Source of the DNA: Eledone cirrhosa
Lineage: Eukaryota
Direction: 5' to 3'
DNA length: 64,000 nt
Assembly: GCA_964016885.1 (NCBI GenBank)
Contig: OZ024743.1
Coordinates: forward strand, 201,128,001 to 201,192,000
In this document: positions 1 through 12,804 of the stretch, piece after piece
How the letters are laid out: every line of letters begins with the position of its first letter
Position numbering within the stretch: position 1 is the first letter of the stretch
Program-made: the position numbers and the translations under genes
The notes under the pieces: generated by a model
Seen by the model: the letters and a program-made list of their open reading frames with translations, nothing else
What the model was told of the DNA's origin: nothing
Databases searched by the model: none

Positions 1-412
1 AATTTTTATTAGAATATTGATATTAAATAATCCTTTTTCTTTAAATGCTAGCTATAATATGACTTCTGGACAGGAAAATAATGAAAAGAACTCTGTATGA
101 CTACAGAATGTTTTAGTCTTGCTTAATGTTGTGTTAAGAAAATAAAAAATAAACAAAAAAAAAAGAGGAACCCAGAATAGGTGGAAGTGGGGGTAAATCA
201 TTGTTAAATTAGTTTTCGTAAAGAATTTCCTGAAAAGGAATTTGAAATACACCTGGGATATTTTAGAATTTATTGGAATACAGTTTTCTTCTTCCTGCCA
301 GTATTTTTAGAGTTTGCTCTAAGAAAATTATTGAAAATAGTTTATAATGAAAGTAGGTTTTTTTTAATATGCACACACACACACACACATATATATATAT
401 GTATTTAAACAA

Positions 413-446
<34 letters not shown>

Positions 447-454
447 ATATGTAT

Positions 455-485
<31 letters not shown>

Positions 486-1177
486 CGTAAAAAGTATCTA
501 AATGTGTTACTTAAAGTTATAGTTCCATCCACCATGATTTTATGTAAGTGCCTTTGTTATGTTTTGTTCCAAATAGCACATAAAGAATGAGAAAATTAAT
601 TATATAACTAAATCACCCAAAATTTGTGAATATTTTCAAAATGATTTGAAAATCATTAAAAGTGTTTTTTTTTCAGAAATATGGTTAACACAATACACCA
701 CTTCACACCACCAATAGCAAGCTTGTTCCCTAAAATACCATAAATGCATAATTTCCCTGTATTTTTTATTTTTACACCTAGATGTCATGTTGTAAGTACA
801 TTGCCAAGTTTGGTAGTAAGGATGTGAGGGTAGAGACTTCAACTAAAGAGATGATAGGTTCTCACATATTGCTTGAATTATTGGTATACCAGCCTGGCTG
901 AAACTGCCCATGGTTTTGTATTACAAAACTGCAAATTTTAAACTGTTCCTCCTTATATTAAAACTTTATGTAAGAATTTTTTTGTTATGTAATGTTCCAA
1001 ACATTAATTTAATAAATAAAAAATTATTTTACTAAAGTTTCCCAATTTAGCTTTTAGTATTTTCAAAATTAATTGAAACACGGTTTTTCATTTAAATATG
1101 AGAGTGAAAGAGTTAAAATAATAGAAATACAAATATAGTTAGTTTAAACACACACACGTGCACACACACATACACAC

Positions 1178-1224
<47 letters not shown>

Positions 1225-1720
1225 TACATCTGTAGGCAGGATTCTATCCTAGAGCATTTATTAACACATTGTCTTAAGAACTCCTAACTCTTATGTGACA
1301 GCTCCAGATACAATTAATTGCAAGATTTAGGCATATTTGGTGGTGGTGATGGTGAAGGTGGTTTACAGGATATTTTTTGTAATATTTGTCATAACATTTA
1401 AGAATTACACCACTGAAAATTACAATATCGCTGTTAGCTTCTTAAATGTAAGGAATAGAGACTGATAAAAACAATTATGGGAGAGGGATAATTTTGTGAG
1501 TATAGGAAACATGCTTTACATAGAATTTATTTTGTTTTAATGAAGTTTTGCATGGAATTCTATCACTTGAGACATGACAAACCTATAAATTTTCAAATAT
1601 TTCAAATAGCAATGCTCAAGGTAAACATTCGGTAAATTTTAGATCATTGATTAGTGATAATTTAATTTGAGGTAGAGACACAGTTGGTTATGTCAGTAAA
1701 TAGGGTATTACACTACAAAG

Positions 1721-1957
1721 TTAACTCTTTTGATACTAACCTGACCAAAACTGGCTCTGGTTCAATTATTCAGAACCAGCCATATTAAATGGTTCCAATT
1801 TAAATATAATTTTTTTTAACATAATTTTATATCAGATCCATATGATATGTTACTGATTAATTAATCAAATAATAGTTTTAGTAAACCTCTCAAAATCTTT
1901 CATTAAGTAATTGAAATAGAGAGGTTTTCATAAGAAATATGGTTAAGAAAAGGTTAA
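1721..1957. mobile_element. TTAA-flanked MITE (piggyBac-like); decayed relatives at ~880-1115, ~33215-33466 and 57971-58456
   Basis: Termini ttaactcttt...aaaaggttaa; shared internal motif (actggctctggttc, gaaatatgg) in several dispersed copies. Confidence 0.5.
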
Positions 1958-3289
1958 ATAAATCAACATCAGCATTAGACATCACCCTAAAAAGAAAATG
2001 GACATTTAACTCTCATTTAAATAGAATCTATAAGTGAAGACAACATATAAATATATTGCAATGTTGCAGTCAAACATTCTCATGACTTACAACTAAACTA
2101 GAAGTGCTGGTCACTTATTTTCTGTTTCTAATGGTATTTTACCCACTTTTCTAATGCTTTTATCATTGTAGTGACTCTGGTTTGGATTTCAATGTTTTAA
2201 ATTTCAAATTATCCAAACCCTTTGCTAAATCCTAAGATCATAAATATAGTAGTTATACTATACCTATGTTAATCCAGCTCCAAACGTTTCAATATTTGGA
2301 TTGATTTTGAGGTAATTTTAAAAGTCCATATTCTGTAAGCCAGAAGGCTCATTAGGCTAGTGCTTATCTTGGTTTCATGGCATGAAGCAACTGAGAGTAC
2401 AACTCTCCCCCTTGGACAGGATGCTAGTCCATCGCAGTGTTAAACCCTGGTATTCATTTTCAGTTGAGTATACTGGAGTAACATGAAATAAAGTGTTTTT
2501 CTCAACATGCAATCCAACCCAGGAATTGAACGTACAACATTATGATCGTAAGTCCAACACTCTTACCACTAGGCCATTAAAAAGCATTATGATAATTTTA
2601 GATTTAGAAATTACTTAAAAACTGAGATAATGTATATGATAAAAACATGAAAATATGGTTTTATTAAACATTTTCAGCCATTAGACAATGTTATAATTTC
2701 TCTGGCGAGAAACAGAATCTTAAACGCAGACTTATTGAAAAAGAAACTTTCATGACTGAAAAGATATAATAAAAAACCCTATGTTCATGTTTTCTTCATG
2801 TGCATTATCTAGGCTTTTAAGTAATTTCTAAATTAAAGTTGACTTTGAGAGGACTTGAATTCAGACTGTAAAGGACGGTAACTAGATGTCACACAGCATT
2901 TTTCCAATATTCTAATGATTCTGCCAATCAACCACCCTTATCAATAATAACAATAATAATAATAATAAAGTTTTTGTTTTATTTAAATTTAGGTACAAGG
3001 CCAGTATTTGCAGTGAGCTATAAATGAATTAAATTGACCCCAGTACTTGAAAGGTACTTTATTTTATTGGCCATTGAAGAATGAAAAGAAAATTTGGGAT
3101 TTGAACTCAGAAGGTAGAACCAATTACTATAAAGCATTTTGTCTGGTGCTCTACCAATTCTGCCAACCCACCACCTTCTTTACCCACAATAATCATCATA
3201 ATAATTATATATACAGATTTTCAGCTTCTTTCTTTAAACCAGATATATTATACATTCAATAAGAATTTTCAACTAAAGAATAATACAGC

Positions 3290-3612
3290 AACGAGAATGG
3301 CCCATGTGAATGGGCCTACTCTGAGCATGCTCTTTAAGCTGGTTAATTTGAGGAGGAGAGGGATGCTCTTTTTTGTGTGCCTGCAAAGCCTTGGGTGGTT
3401 CAGGATTGGTGGGGAATCTGAGCCTCCCTCAACTGGTACTCCCCCTATTGGAGAATTAATTTTATTGTAAATTGTTTTTGTTGATTTGTTTTATTCAATA
3501 TTATTGTAAGCCCCCCTGTCCCTATATGTTAGTAGTGACCCCTATATGAAGGCCCTAGTGGCCAATAAAGAAATTATTACTATTATTATTGTTATTATTA
3601 TTATTATCATCA
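3290..3612 (+). mobile_element. 3' end of a non-LTR retrotransposon (clade unassigned) ending in AATAAAGAA(ATT)n
   Basis: GC-richer segment ending gtggccaataaagaaattattactatt; the same terminus occurs in reverse at ~20760-20792. Confidence 0.4.
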
Positions 3613-3619
3613 TTAATAT

Positions 3620-4447
3620 TAATAAAGTACCAGTAATGCACTGGGGTTGATTTAATCGATTTTTCCCCTCCCCCCAAAAAATTGCTAGCCTTGTGCCTAA
3701 ATCAGAAACCATTATTAGGGCAGTGGTTCAGCCGTATCATTAGAGTGTCAAACAACATACTTTGCGGTATAGAGTTACTGCCCTTTACGTTCTGAGATCA
3801 ATTCCCGCCAAGGTTAGCTTTGCCTTTCATCCTTTCAGGGTTGATAAAATAAAGATTTAATCGACTTCCTCCTCCCCTTCAAATTACTGACCTTGTGCCT
3901 AAGGTAGAAACAATTATTGTTATCATTATTATAGGAGGTTAACTTTGCCTTTCATCCTTACGGGGTCGATAAAATAAAGTACCAGTAATACACTGGGTAA
4001 TTGCTGGCCTTGTGCCAAAAGTAGAAACAATTATTATTAGTGATATATGGGCGGTGGATTGGCAGTATCGGTAGAGGGTTAGACGCCATGCTTTCTAGCA
4101 TAGAGTTACGGCCCTTTATGTTCAGAGTTCAAATCCCGCCGAGGTTAACTTTGCCTTTCATCCTTACGGGGTCGATAAAATAAAGTACCAGTAATACACT
4201 GGGTAATTGCTGGCCTTGTGCCAAAAGTAGAAACAATTATTATTAGTGATATATGGGCGGTGGATTGGCAGTATCGGTAGAGGGTTAGACGCCATGCTTT
4301 CTAGCATAGAGTTACGGCCCTTTATGTTCAGAGTTCAAATCCCGCTGAGGTTAACTTTGCCTTTCATCCTTACGGGGTCGATAAAATAAAGTACCAGTAA
4401 TTCACTGGGATAATTGCTGGTCTTGTGCCAAAAGTAGAAACAATTAT
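3620..4447 (+). mobile_element. Cluster of tRNA-derived SINE family B, including a 206-bp tandem duplication (3935-4447)
   Basis: A-box/B-box-like head (gagttcaaatccc) and conserved central gcctttcatccttacggggtcgataaaataaagtaccag; other copies at ~2990-3175(-), 9462-9660(-), 12660-12765(-), 37405-37620(-), 43380-43545(-), 58505-58625(+). Confidence 0.75.
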
Positions 4448-4559
4448 AACTAGTGGTCCACATGAACATAAAGAGAAAAAAAGGGAAAACAACAAAACCC
4501 CAAAAATAGTAAAATGGGAGTGTGAAAAATGTTTTATAATTTTCAATTTTTTATGGCTC

Positions 4560-4628
4560 TCTCACACACACACACGCATATGTATCACCATCATCACCAT
4601 TTAATATATACATATGTATGTATATATG

Positions 4629-4674
<46 letters not shown>

Positions 4675-4676
4675 TA

Positions 4677-4738
<62 letters not shown>

Positions 4739-4852
4739 TATATGTACATATATATATATGCATATATACATGTGTATATATATGCATATATATATATGTG
4801 TGTGTGTGTATGTATGTATATATATATATATATGTGTGTGTGTATGTGTGTA

Positions 4853-4942
<90 letters not shown>

Positions 4943-5205
4943 TGTGTATATATATATATATGTGATAGCTGAGTGAAGCTGAAAGTTGTACAAGATTACT
5001 TTGCACTGATTCAGTAGGTCAGTCTGTAGATGGCATCTATTTACCCTATCTGAAAAATGTTCCGGTCATAATCAGTGGCACCATTTTTAATTTGATAACT
5101 TGAAATATATCAGACATATCGGATAGAGGGTTGGGAGTGGGGGAGGGCAGGCGTGAGAAGTGAGGGTGGGGAGGGCAAGGTAAGGAGAGGAACAACAATG
5201 AATAG

Positions 5206-5269
<64 letters not shown>

Positions 5270-5342
5270 TCCGTCACTACCACCACTACTACTACTACTG
5301 CTGCTGCTGCTGCCAGCACCACCACCGCGACCACTATCCACC

Positions 5343-5428
<86 letters not shown>

Positions 5429-5486
5429 TACTACTACTACTGCTGCTGCTGCTTTCGTTACCACCACCACCACCACCACCACCACC

Positions 5487-5569
<83 letters not shown>

Positions 5570-5975
5570 AACTACTGCTGCTGCTACCAGCACCGCCACC
5601 ACGACCACTATCCACCACCACGACAACTACTACTACTACTACGACGACGACGACCATCACCTCCACCATCATCACCACAACCACTACTACCACTACCACC
5701 AACACAACCACCATCACCACCACTACCACTACAACTACCACCACCACCAACACAGCTACCACCGCCACCAACACAACTACCTCTACCACTACCACTACAA
5801 CTACCACCACCACCACCACAACCACCACTACCACTACAGCTACCACCACCACCAACACAACCACCACCACCACCACAAAACCACCACCACCACCACCACC
5901 ACCACTACCACTACAACTACCACCACCACCAACACAGCTACCACCGCCACCAACACAACTACCACTACCAATACT
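4560..5975. repeat. (TA)n/(CA)n microsatellites followed by (CTA)n/(CCA)n/(CTG)n trinucleotide arrays
   Basis: Direct inspection; explains all poly-YI/T/H/V ORFs here. Confidence 0.95.
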
Positions 5976-6304
5976 AATAAAGTTGAAATACATGATGAAT
6001 TTAACACATTTACCCCACAGTCAATAGATAAATGGAGTGGAAGATTTATCATAGGAACCATAACCATATAACAGCTGCCTTAACAAGTACAACACTATCA
6101 TTTCATCATAGCAAGAACAATAACAACAGCAGCAGCAACGACAGCAGCAGCAACATCAACGACAATAGCAGTAATACCAACATTATCATTTCATCTGATT
6201 TATAACACTGAATATATAAGTGTGCTGGAAACAGTAGAGTTTAAAATAGATCATCACATTAAGATCTTGAGAGGTTAAACTATATATATATATACATATT
6301 TAAT

Positions 6305-6636
6305 TTCATCATTTCATTTTACGTCCGCTTTTTCCCTGCTTGCAAGGGTGGGACGGGAAGTGATTCTGGCTTGATTTCTACAGCTGGATGCCCTTCCTAA
6401 CACCAACCTCATTTACAGTGAGTGCTGGGTGCTTTTTTGCCGTGGCACCTCCACGACCACTTTTGCAGTGGAATGATATGGACCGCAGTCCCTATCATCT
6501 CATTTCTACAGCTGAGTAAACTGGAGCAATGTGAAATAAAGTGTCTTGCTCAAGGAAACAAGACATCACCCGGTCTGAGAATTGAACTCACAACCTTTCG
6601 ATTGCAAGGCCAATGCTCTAACCACTAAGCCATGTA
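6305..6636 (-). mobile_element. tRNA-derived SINE family A with RTE-type 3' tail
   Basis: Minus strand reads tggctttagtggttagagcattgg...gagttcaattctc (A/B boxes), then ccttgagcaagacactttatttcacattgctccag, then a tail shared with the RTE LINE ending in (ATG)n. Confidence 0.8.
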
Positions 6637-6639
6637 CAT

Positions 6640-7020
6640 ATACACTCACTCATTCTCTGCTACTCACCCTCTCTCTCAATTCCTCCATTGTCCCACACCG
6701 TACGAGATTCTTTCCTCGCTCACATTCGCATGGCCAAGATGTGTCTTTTGCCTTCTCGTCAATATTCGCACATTCTTATGTTCAAAATGAATCATTGACT
6801 TGATTTTCTCATTTTTTCCTCTGTTTACGTTGCCTCACCATTTGTGTTTGTTTACCTGTCTCTCTTTCTCCACCCAACTCTTTTTATCCCAATAACTTAA
6901 TTTAGTTATTGTATTGCCCTAGCCGGAGGTATATGGTCTGTAATGCGAAGAAATACCTATGCTGGCTAGGAGACCACTGATGATGGATAGTCCTGGCTTC
7001 TATTTCTAATTCTTTATTAT
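6640..7020 (+). mobile_element. Diverged relative of the 27421-28012 non-coding structured element
   Basis: Same motif order: pyrimidine-rich tract, tcccaataac hairpin, long stem, CTGATGA at 6977-6983. Confidence 0.5.
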
Positions 7021-7025
7021 ATATG

Positions 7026-7409
7026 GAGGCACATGGTTTAGTGGTTAGAGCATTGGCCTTGCAATCGAAAGGTTGTGAGTTCAATTCTCAGACCGGGTGA
7101 TGTGTTGTTTCCTTGAAAAAGACACTTTATTTGACATTGCGCCAGTTTACTCAGCTGTAGAAATGAGATGATAGGGACTGGGGTCCCTATCATTCCACTG
7201 CAAAGTGGTCGTGGAGGTGCCATGGCAAAAAAGCACCCAGCCCACACTGTAAAGTGGACGTGGAGGTGCCACGGCAAAAAAGCACTCACTGTAAATGAGA
7301 TTGGTGTTAGGAAGGGCATCCAGCTGTAGAAATCCAGTCAGAATCAGTTCCCGTCCCACCCTTGCAAGCAGGGAAAAAGTGGACGTAAAATGAAATGATG
7401 ATGATGATG

Positions 7410-7410
<1 letters not shown>
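7026..7410 (+). mobile_element. SINE family A
   Basis: tggtttagtggttagagcattggccttgcaatcgaaaggttgtgagttcaattc head; RTE-like tail; near-identical to 6305-6636 in opposite orientation. Confidence 0.8.
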
Positions 7411-7441
<31 letters not shown>

Positions 7442-7442
<1 letters not shown>

Positions 7443-7572
7443 ACGAAGGAAGTATGGTAAGGAACCAGGTGGACCATAACACACCAAAGTACTCAATACT
7501 TAGGGTAGTAGAGTGGGTAATAGAATAATGTTCAAGACCCCGACGGCAGAGCTGAAGCCGTTTCGGCGGCTT
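7442..7572 (-). mobile_element. (TA)n-inserted element carrying the 3' half of a hammerhead (GAAAC-GGC..GCC-GUC); relatives at 30637-30835, 43958-44007, 51590-51640, 56611-56755
   Basis: Minus strand: gaaacggcttcagctctgccgtc-ggggtc; five homologous copies, each next to (TA)n. Confidence 0.55.
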
Positions 7573-7949
7573 AAGAAACAGCGAGAGGACAAGACAACAA
7601 ATGGAAACAAAACAAAATGAAAAACAATTTTTTAAGAGGAAACCTTAAAAAAATATTTTTAAAAATAAAAATACAAATGAAGGACATAGAACTCTATGGT
7701 CATCGGCTGTTGAGATGGACTTGGGCAGTTTCGACCCCTACCAACAGTACTGCTGGTTTACCCATGGTCACAACATCTGACATAAGCCAAATGCTGTCCA
7801 GTTGATTAAGAGATGAAAGACAAATACATACACATATACAAACATGTACATACATACATACATATGTGGACACATACATATATGCACGCAAGCATATATT
7901 GACACATACATATATGGGCATATACATATATGGACACATAAATGAACTG

Positions 7950-8620
7950 AAAGAGAAGCTGGTCATAAGAGGGATCAGATGCAGAGGAGGAGAATGCATT
8001 GGTATGGACATGTGATGGGTATGAAGGATGACAGCTGTATAAAAAGGTGCAGGCTGCTCAAAGTTGATGGAAGAAATGGAATACGAAGATCTAGGAAAGC
8101 TCGAGATGAGTTGATAAAATCTGACCTCAAAGGTGATGACTCCACTCAAAGGTTATGACACAGGATCGAGATCTTGGGTAGTATGCAGTAATACAAAAGA
8201 CCTGCTTTCCCATGTGCCCGATTTGAAGCATACATCTAGTATGCACCACTTTACCCCTATCATCTCTCCCCTTTCCATACACCTCTCATGTCCTGAAACC
8301 ACACTCCTCAACCATGTCTGTCCCTACATCTACCTCCCCAATCCCCATACAACTCCCTCACCCAACCCCCAGTTCACACTGTAAAGTGGTTGTTTTGGTG
8401 CCATGACAAAACGTGCCCAAGCCACACTGTAAAGTGGTTGTGAAGGTGACAGGACAAAAAGTGCCCAGGCCTCACTGTAAAGTGGTTGTGAAGGTGACAG
8501 GACAAAAAGTGCCCAGGCCACACTGTAAAGTGGTTGTGAAGGTGACAGGACAAAAAGTGCCCAGGCCTCACTGTAAAGTGATCAGGTAAGTGTCACGACA
8601 AAAAGCGCCCAGTACACATA
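7950..8620 (+). mobile_element. Old RTE LINE 3' fragment with an amplified 48-bp tandem repeat in the 3' UTR (8375-8610)
   Basis: Degenerate IRGIRC..HWYGHV..MKDDSCIKRC; repeat unit cactgtaaagtggttgtgaaggtgacaggacaaaaagtgcccaggcc. Confidence 0.7.
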
Positions 8621-9669
8621 GTTAGAAGTGATTGTGGTTGCAGTGGTGGATGGTTAGTAGTAGTGGTTGCAGTGGTTGGTATTATGATGAATGGTGATTG
8701 TGGAAGATGGATGGTTGTGGATATGACAGGAAGGTGGCTGGTTAGTAGTAGTGGTAATGGTAAATGATGGTTCTGCTGAATGGTAATGGTATATGTATGG
8801 TGGTGGATGAGACATGATAATATTTGTGGGTGGATGGTTAGTAATAATGGTTGTAATTATTAGTGGTAGTGATATGTTGTGTTTGTGGTAGTGGTGATTG
8901 TTGGTAGTGGTGAACGGTTTTAGTGTTAGAAGGGAGTTGCAGTAGACGATAGGAGTGGTGGATGGCGGTTATGGTGGATAGTGTTTGAGGATGAATAGAG
9001 GAGGGGGGATGCAAGAAGAACTGATCTTTGAATTTGGCAAATTAATCTTATAGAAGTGTTTGGTGAAAGTTTTTTAACCTTGCAGAATTGATTAATGGTC
9101 AATGCCATAAATTTTGGTAATTGTAATAGTGGTGGTGGTGGGTAAAGTGATAGGAAGGATAAAGGGGGAAAAATGGTAGAAGGGTAGGGTGACATAGATG
9201 TTATGACAAAGTGTGTTTCACCACATTAAAACAATATTTTCAGTTAATGAAATTGGATTCCAATAGAAAAAAAAAAAAAAAAATAAAATGTATTAATTAA
9301 AATTTTTTGGCTTCAATAATTCTGCTGGATGACTGGGATGAAAAAACTACCCAGGATAATAATGATGGTGCTGGTGGTGATAATATTGATAATAATAATC
9401 TACTTCTGCATCTTTTTCTCCACTTCCTCCTCCTCATCATTATAAAAAAATAATAATGATAATGGTTCCTTGTTTAGGCACAAGGCCAGCAATTTTGGGA
9501 GAGGGGAAAGTCGATTAAATCCAGCCCCAGTGCATTACTGGTGCTTTATTTTATTGATCCCATAAGGAAGAAAGGCAAAGCCAACCTCAGCAGGATTTGA
9601 ACTCAGAACGTATAGGGCCATAACTTTATGCCACAAAGCATGTTGTTCAACGCCCAATCGTATTAATAA

Positions 9670-10300
9670 CCCAAAGCACTGGATTAAAGCTGTTACTGAA
9701 GGCTTTCTAATCACAGCACAGAATCCCCCCCCCCCCCCCCCCCCCCCAGAAGAATATAATGAAGTAGAACACAGTAAGTAACTGCTGAATATGATGTGGA
9801 GATGGGAAGAAACAATTAACCACATTACCTCTGGCTGCCAAGTCTTAGCCAAAAAGGAATACATCCACAATATGATAGAGTTAAGATTTATATACACTGG
9901 AAGTTATGCCAACACTATCATATACCAACAGAAAGAAGATGGTAGAGACACACACCAGAAAAGGAGGTGACAGAGAATGAAAAAGCAACCATACTCTGAA
10001 ATATGCCAATACACACAGACAGCGAGATCAAAACCAACCAGCCAGATATAGTCAAATCCCACAAAGAAAACATATGTCTTCTAATAGAGGTATCAATCCT
10101 CCCAGATGACAATATATCTATCAAGGAAATGGAGAAATTATCCAAATATAAAGATCTAGAGATAGAAATAACCCAAATGTGGATGATGAAAATAGAAACA
10201 ATACTTATAATAAAAGGTGCTCTGGAAATGATAGAAAAACACACACCGACAGACGCATAACCCATATCCCAGGACTAACAAATATATACAACATATTAAT
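9670..10300 (+). mobile_element. Fragment of a restriction-like-endonuclease non-LTR retrotransposon (R4/Dong-like), C-terminal CCHC + REL domain
   Basis: Broken frames read TEGFLITAQ...C*ICGDGKETINHITSGC...IHWKLCQHY...NQPDIV...LIEVS...EKLSKYKDL. Confidence 0.8.
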
Positions 10301-10340
10301 AAATTTAAATCATCATTGTTATTACTATTAGCTAACTGAG

Positions 10341-10373
<33 letters not shown>

Positions 10374-11811
10374 GACAGTAACAACAGAAATAGAAACAAG
10401 AAGAAAATAAAGAGACAGAATGGAAGGAGAAAAATAAACACACACACATTCACACATTCGCACACACACATTCACATTCACACATTTACACTCACACAGA
10501 CCCATAGACAAACAGACAGATGGACTGGCGTGATATAGGTTTAAGTTTGTCTATGTCACACAGATCCAGTAGAATAATGATTCAACTTAAAATATCATTT
10601 GCAGATATTTTTGTTTTCTGCAAAAGGTTTATAAAACAAATATTGTTGAAAGGTGTATTAGTTGGATTGAAAGCCCTACTATTTCACTATTTTTCCTGAC
10701 ATACTCACTAGGGCAGCAGTAGGACTGGAACATGGAGAAGAAGAATGTGGAATACACAAAGGAGCATGAATTTAGAAGAAAAAAAATGATATAAGGAAAG
10801 GAAAAATAGAATAAAATAAAATGAGAAAAAATAACAAAAACAGACAGAACAAAATGAAAAGAAACTGTGTCTAATTATATGTAAATATATGTGTGCTTGA
10901 ATTAAAATAATATGAATTTTTAAAAACAATATAAGAAAAAAACTAAAATAAGAAAATAAAATAAAGAAAAATAAAACGAAAGAAAGCACTGTCTACCTTA
11001 ATATTTTTTAGATAAAATGTGCTTTTTTAATTATCAGACCTAATTTTGTTCTTCTTTTTTTGTACTTTTAGTCAATATTTTGTTGTTACAATTTCTGATC
11101 TACTTAGTGTGGCTGTTTTGTTTATGCTGGTATAAGTGGGATGCTAAGTCATTATAGTCCAAGACCAGAATGGTCAGAATATGTGTTTGTGTGTGTTTAG
11201 GTTTGCAGGATGTGACCAGCAAATATCATTTTGTGTCTATGGGTTTATAATAAATGATAAAAAGCACCTGTACTCACTGTAAATGTGGTTGGCTTTAGGA
11301 AGGCTCATTCAGCTGTAGAAACCAAGCCCCAATACCATTCCTATATTAAACATGATGCATATATGTGTGTGTGTGTAAATGTGGTTGGCATTGGGAAGGT
11401 CATCCAGCTCTAGAAACCAAGCCAAAAGCAGTTCTGTATGAGCATGACATGGTCACCTGACCTGGCATTTCTAACAACATTCGTCTAACCCATGCTAGAT
11501 TGGAAGAATAGACATTAAACAGTGATGATGATGTTTTAATCCATCTATCATCTTTACCAAAATATCTAGAAAAGTATATTTTACATACTAAATTCAGTTT
11601 TAAATTAAATATTGGTATTTACATTGTTTATGACATTTTAAAATTCTTTTAGTTTATCAAGAGTTTCATTCAATTAAACAAAGCAGTCACCAAGAAACCA
11701 TTTTAAATTTTCCTTTAGATATGAACAAAAGCATATATTCAAATATCTAAGTGACTTTTCCCAAATTTGTTCTTATTGTAATCCATTACTGTGTTTGTGC
11801 CATTTGTTATT

Positions 11812-12567
11812 AATGGCTGTTTCCATTAAATTTGGTGAAAGTAATATTTACAATTGTGTTCAATCTCATAAAACTAGACCAGAGATGAGAAGAAACACAA
11901 TATATCTTAATCCTCTAGAAATTTCCCCTAATTTAGTGAAAAATGGAATAGAAAGAGTGGAAATAGAAATATACAAGAATTACAGAAAGGAAAGTAAATC
12001 GTAAAAAGTGTATATCACATACAAACCAAGAAATATTGAAATTTATAGTTATATTCATACAAATCAACCTATTTTGATCGAAAATTAAAAAAAGTCTTAG
12101 AGAATTAACAATTTATAAAGAGCTGAAAACTTTGAATACAATATTTACAAACAGATTCTCAATCCATTTTTAATAAAATGTTGAAGACCTAATTAGAGAA
12201 TTCATATATATATATATGCTGGAAGGCTTGGAATTTAAATTTAAAGATATACAAATTTAAAATTAGAGATGCTTTTTACATGTTCATCTTGTAACCCTTT
12301 CTACATTATGCCACAGATGTATAGAAAATCATATTGAAGAAACTGAAAATGAATTATGTAAACAAATGACTGTCCATTGGCAACAATTTTGAGATATAAA
12401 TACTAGAGTGATTTTCTGATTAAACATATAGAGAGATGTTCTGGAACAAATTTACCCAATTTAAAGTATTCTCAGTTTATCAATTTACAGATGACATTAT
12501 GAAACATCGAAGACTAAAAATAAAGAAACTATTAATTAGCAAATATAAACCACATTTGAATGTTTAG
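11812..12567 (+). pseudogene. Decayed Penelope-like element ORF: RT thumb region + GIY-YIG endonuclease
   Basis: Frameshifted translation PLNLVKVIFTIV...LVKNGIER...ITYKPRN...FKIRDAF-TCSSCN-YI-CHRCIENHIEETENELCKQMTVHWQQ...HIERC...ISKYKPHLNV* fits the PLE thumb and GIY-YIG pattern. Confidence 0.7.
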
Positions 12568-12625
12568 ATGTGATAGTGTTTTTTATTAATCTCTCTCTCC
12601 CTCTCTCTCCCTCTCTCTCTCTCTG

Positions 12626-12660
<35 letters not shown>

Positions 12661-12804
12661 ATGATTGTTTCTACTTTAGGCACAAGGCCAGCAATTACCC
12701 AGTTTATTACTGGTACTTTATTTTATCGACCCCGTAAGGATGAAAGGCGTAAGTCAACCTCGTAATAATAAAATCCGAAGAGGACTTGATAAGGATTATT
12801 ATAT

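Noticed and set aside
7026-7100. tRNA gene
   Set aside because: The tRNA-like head continues into a SINE body and occurs in multiple copies.
7700-7780. Possible hammerhead on the minus strand (ggggtc-GAAAC-tgcccaa-GTC-catctc)
   Set aside because: The 5' core half is too decayed to support a call.
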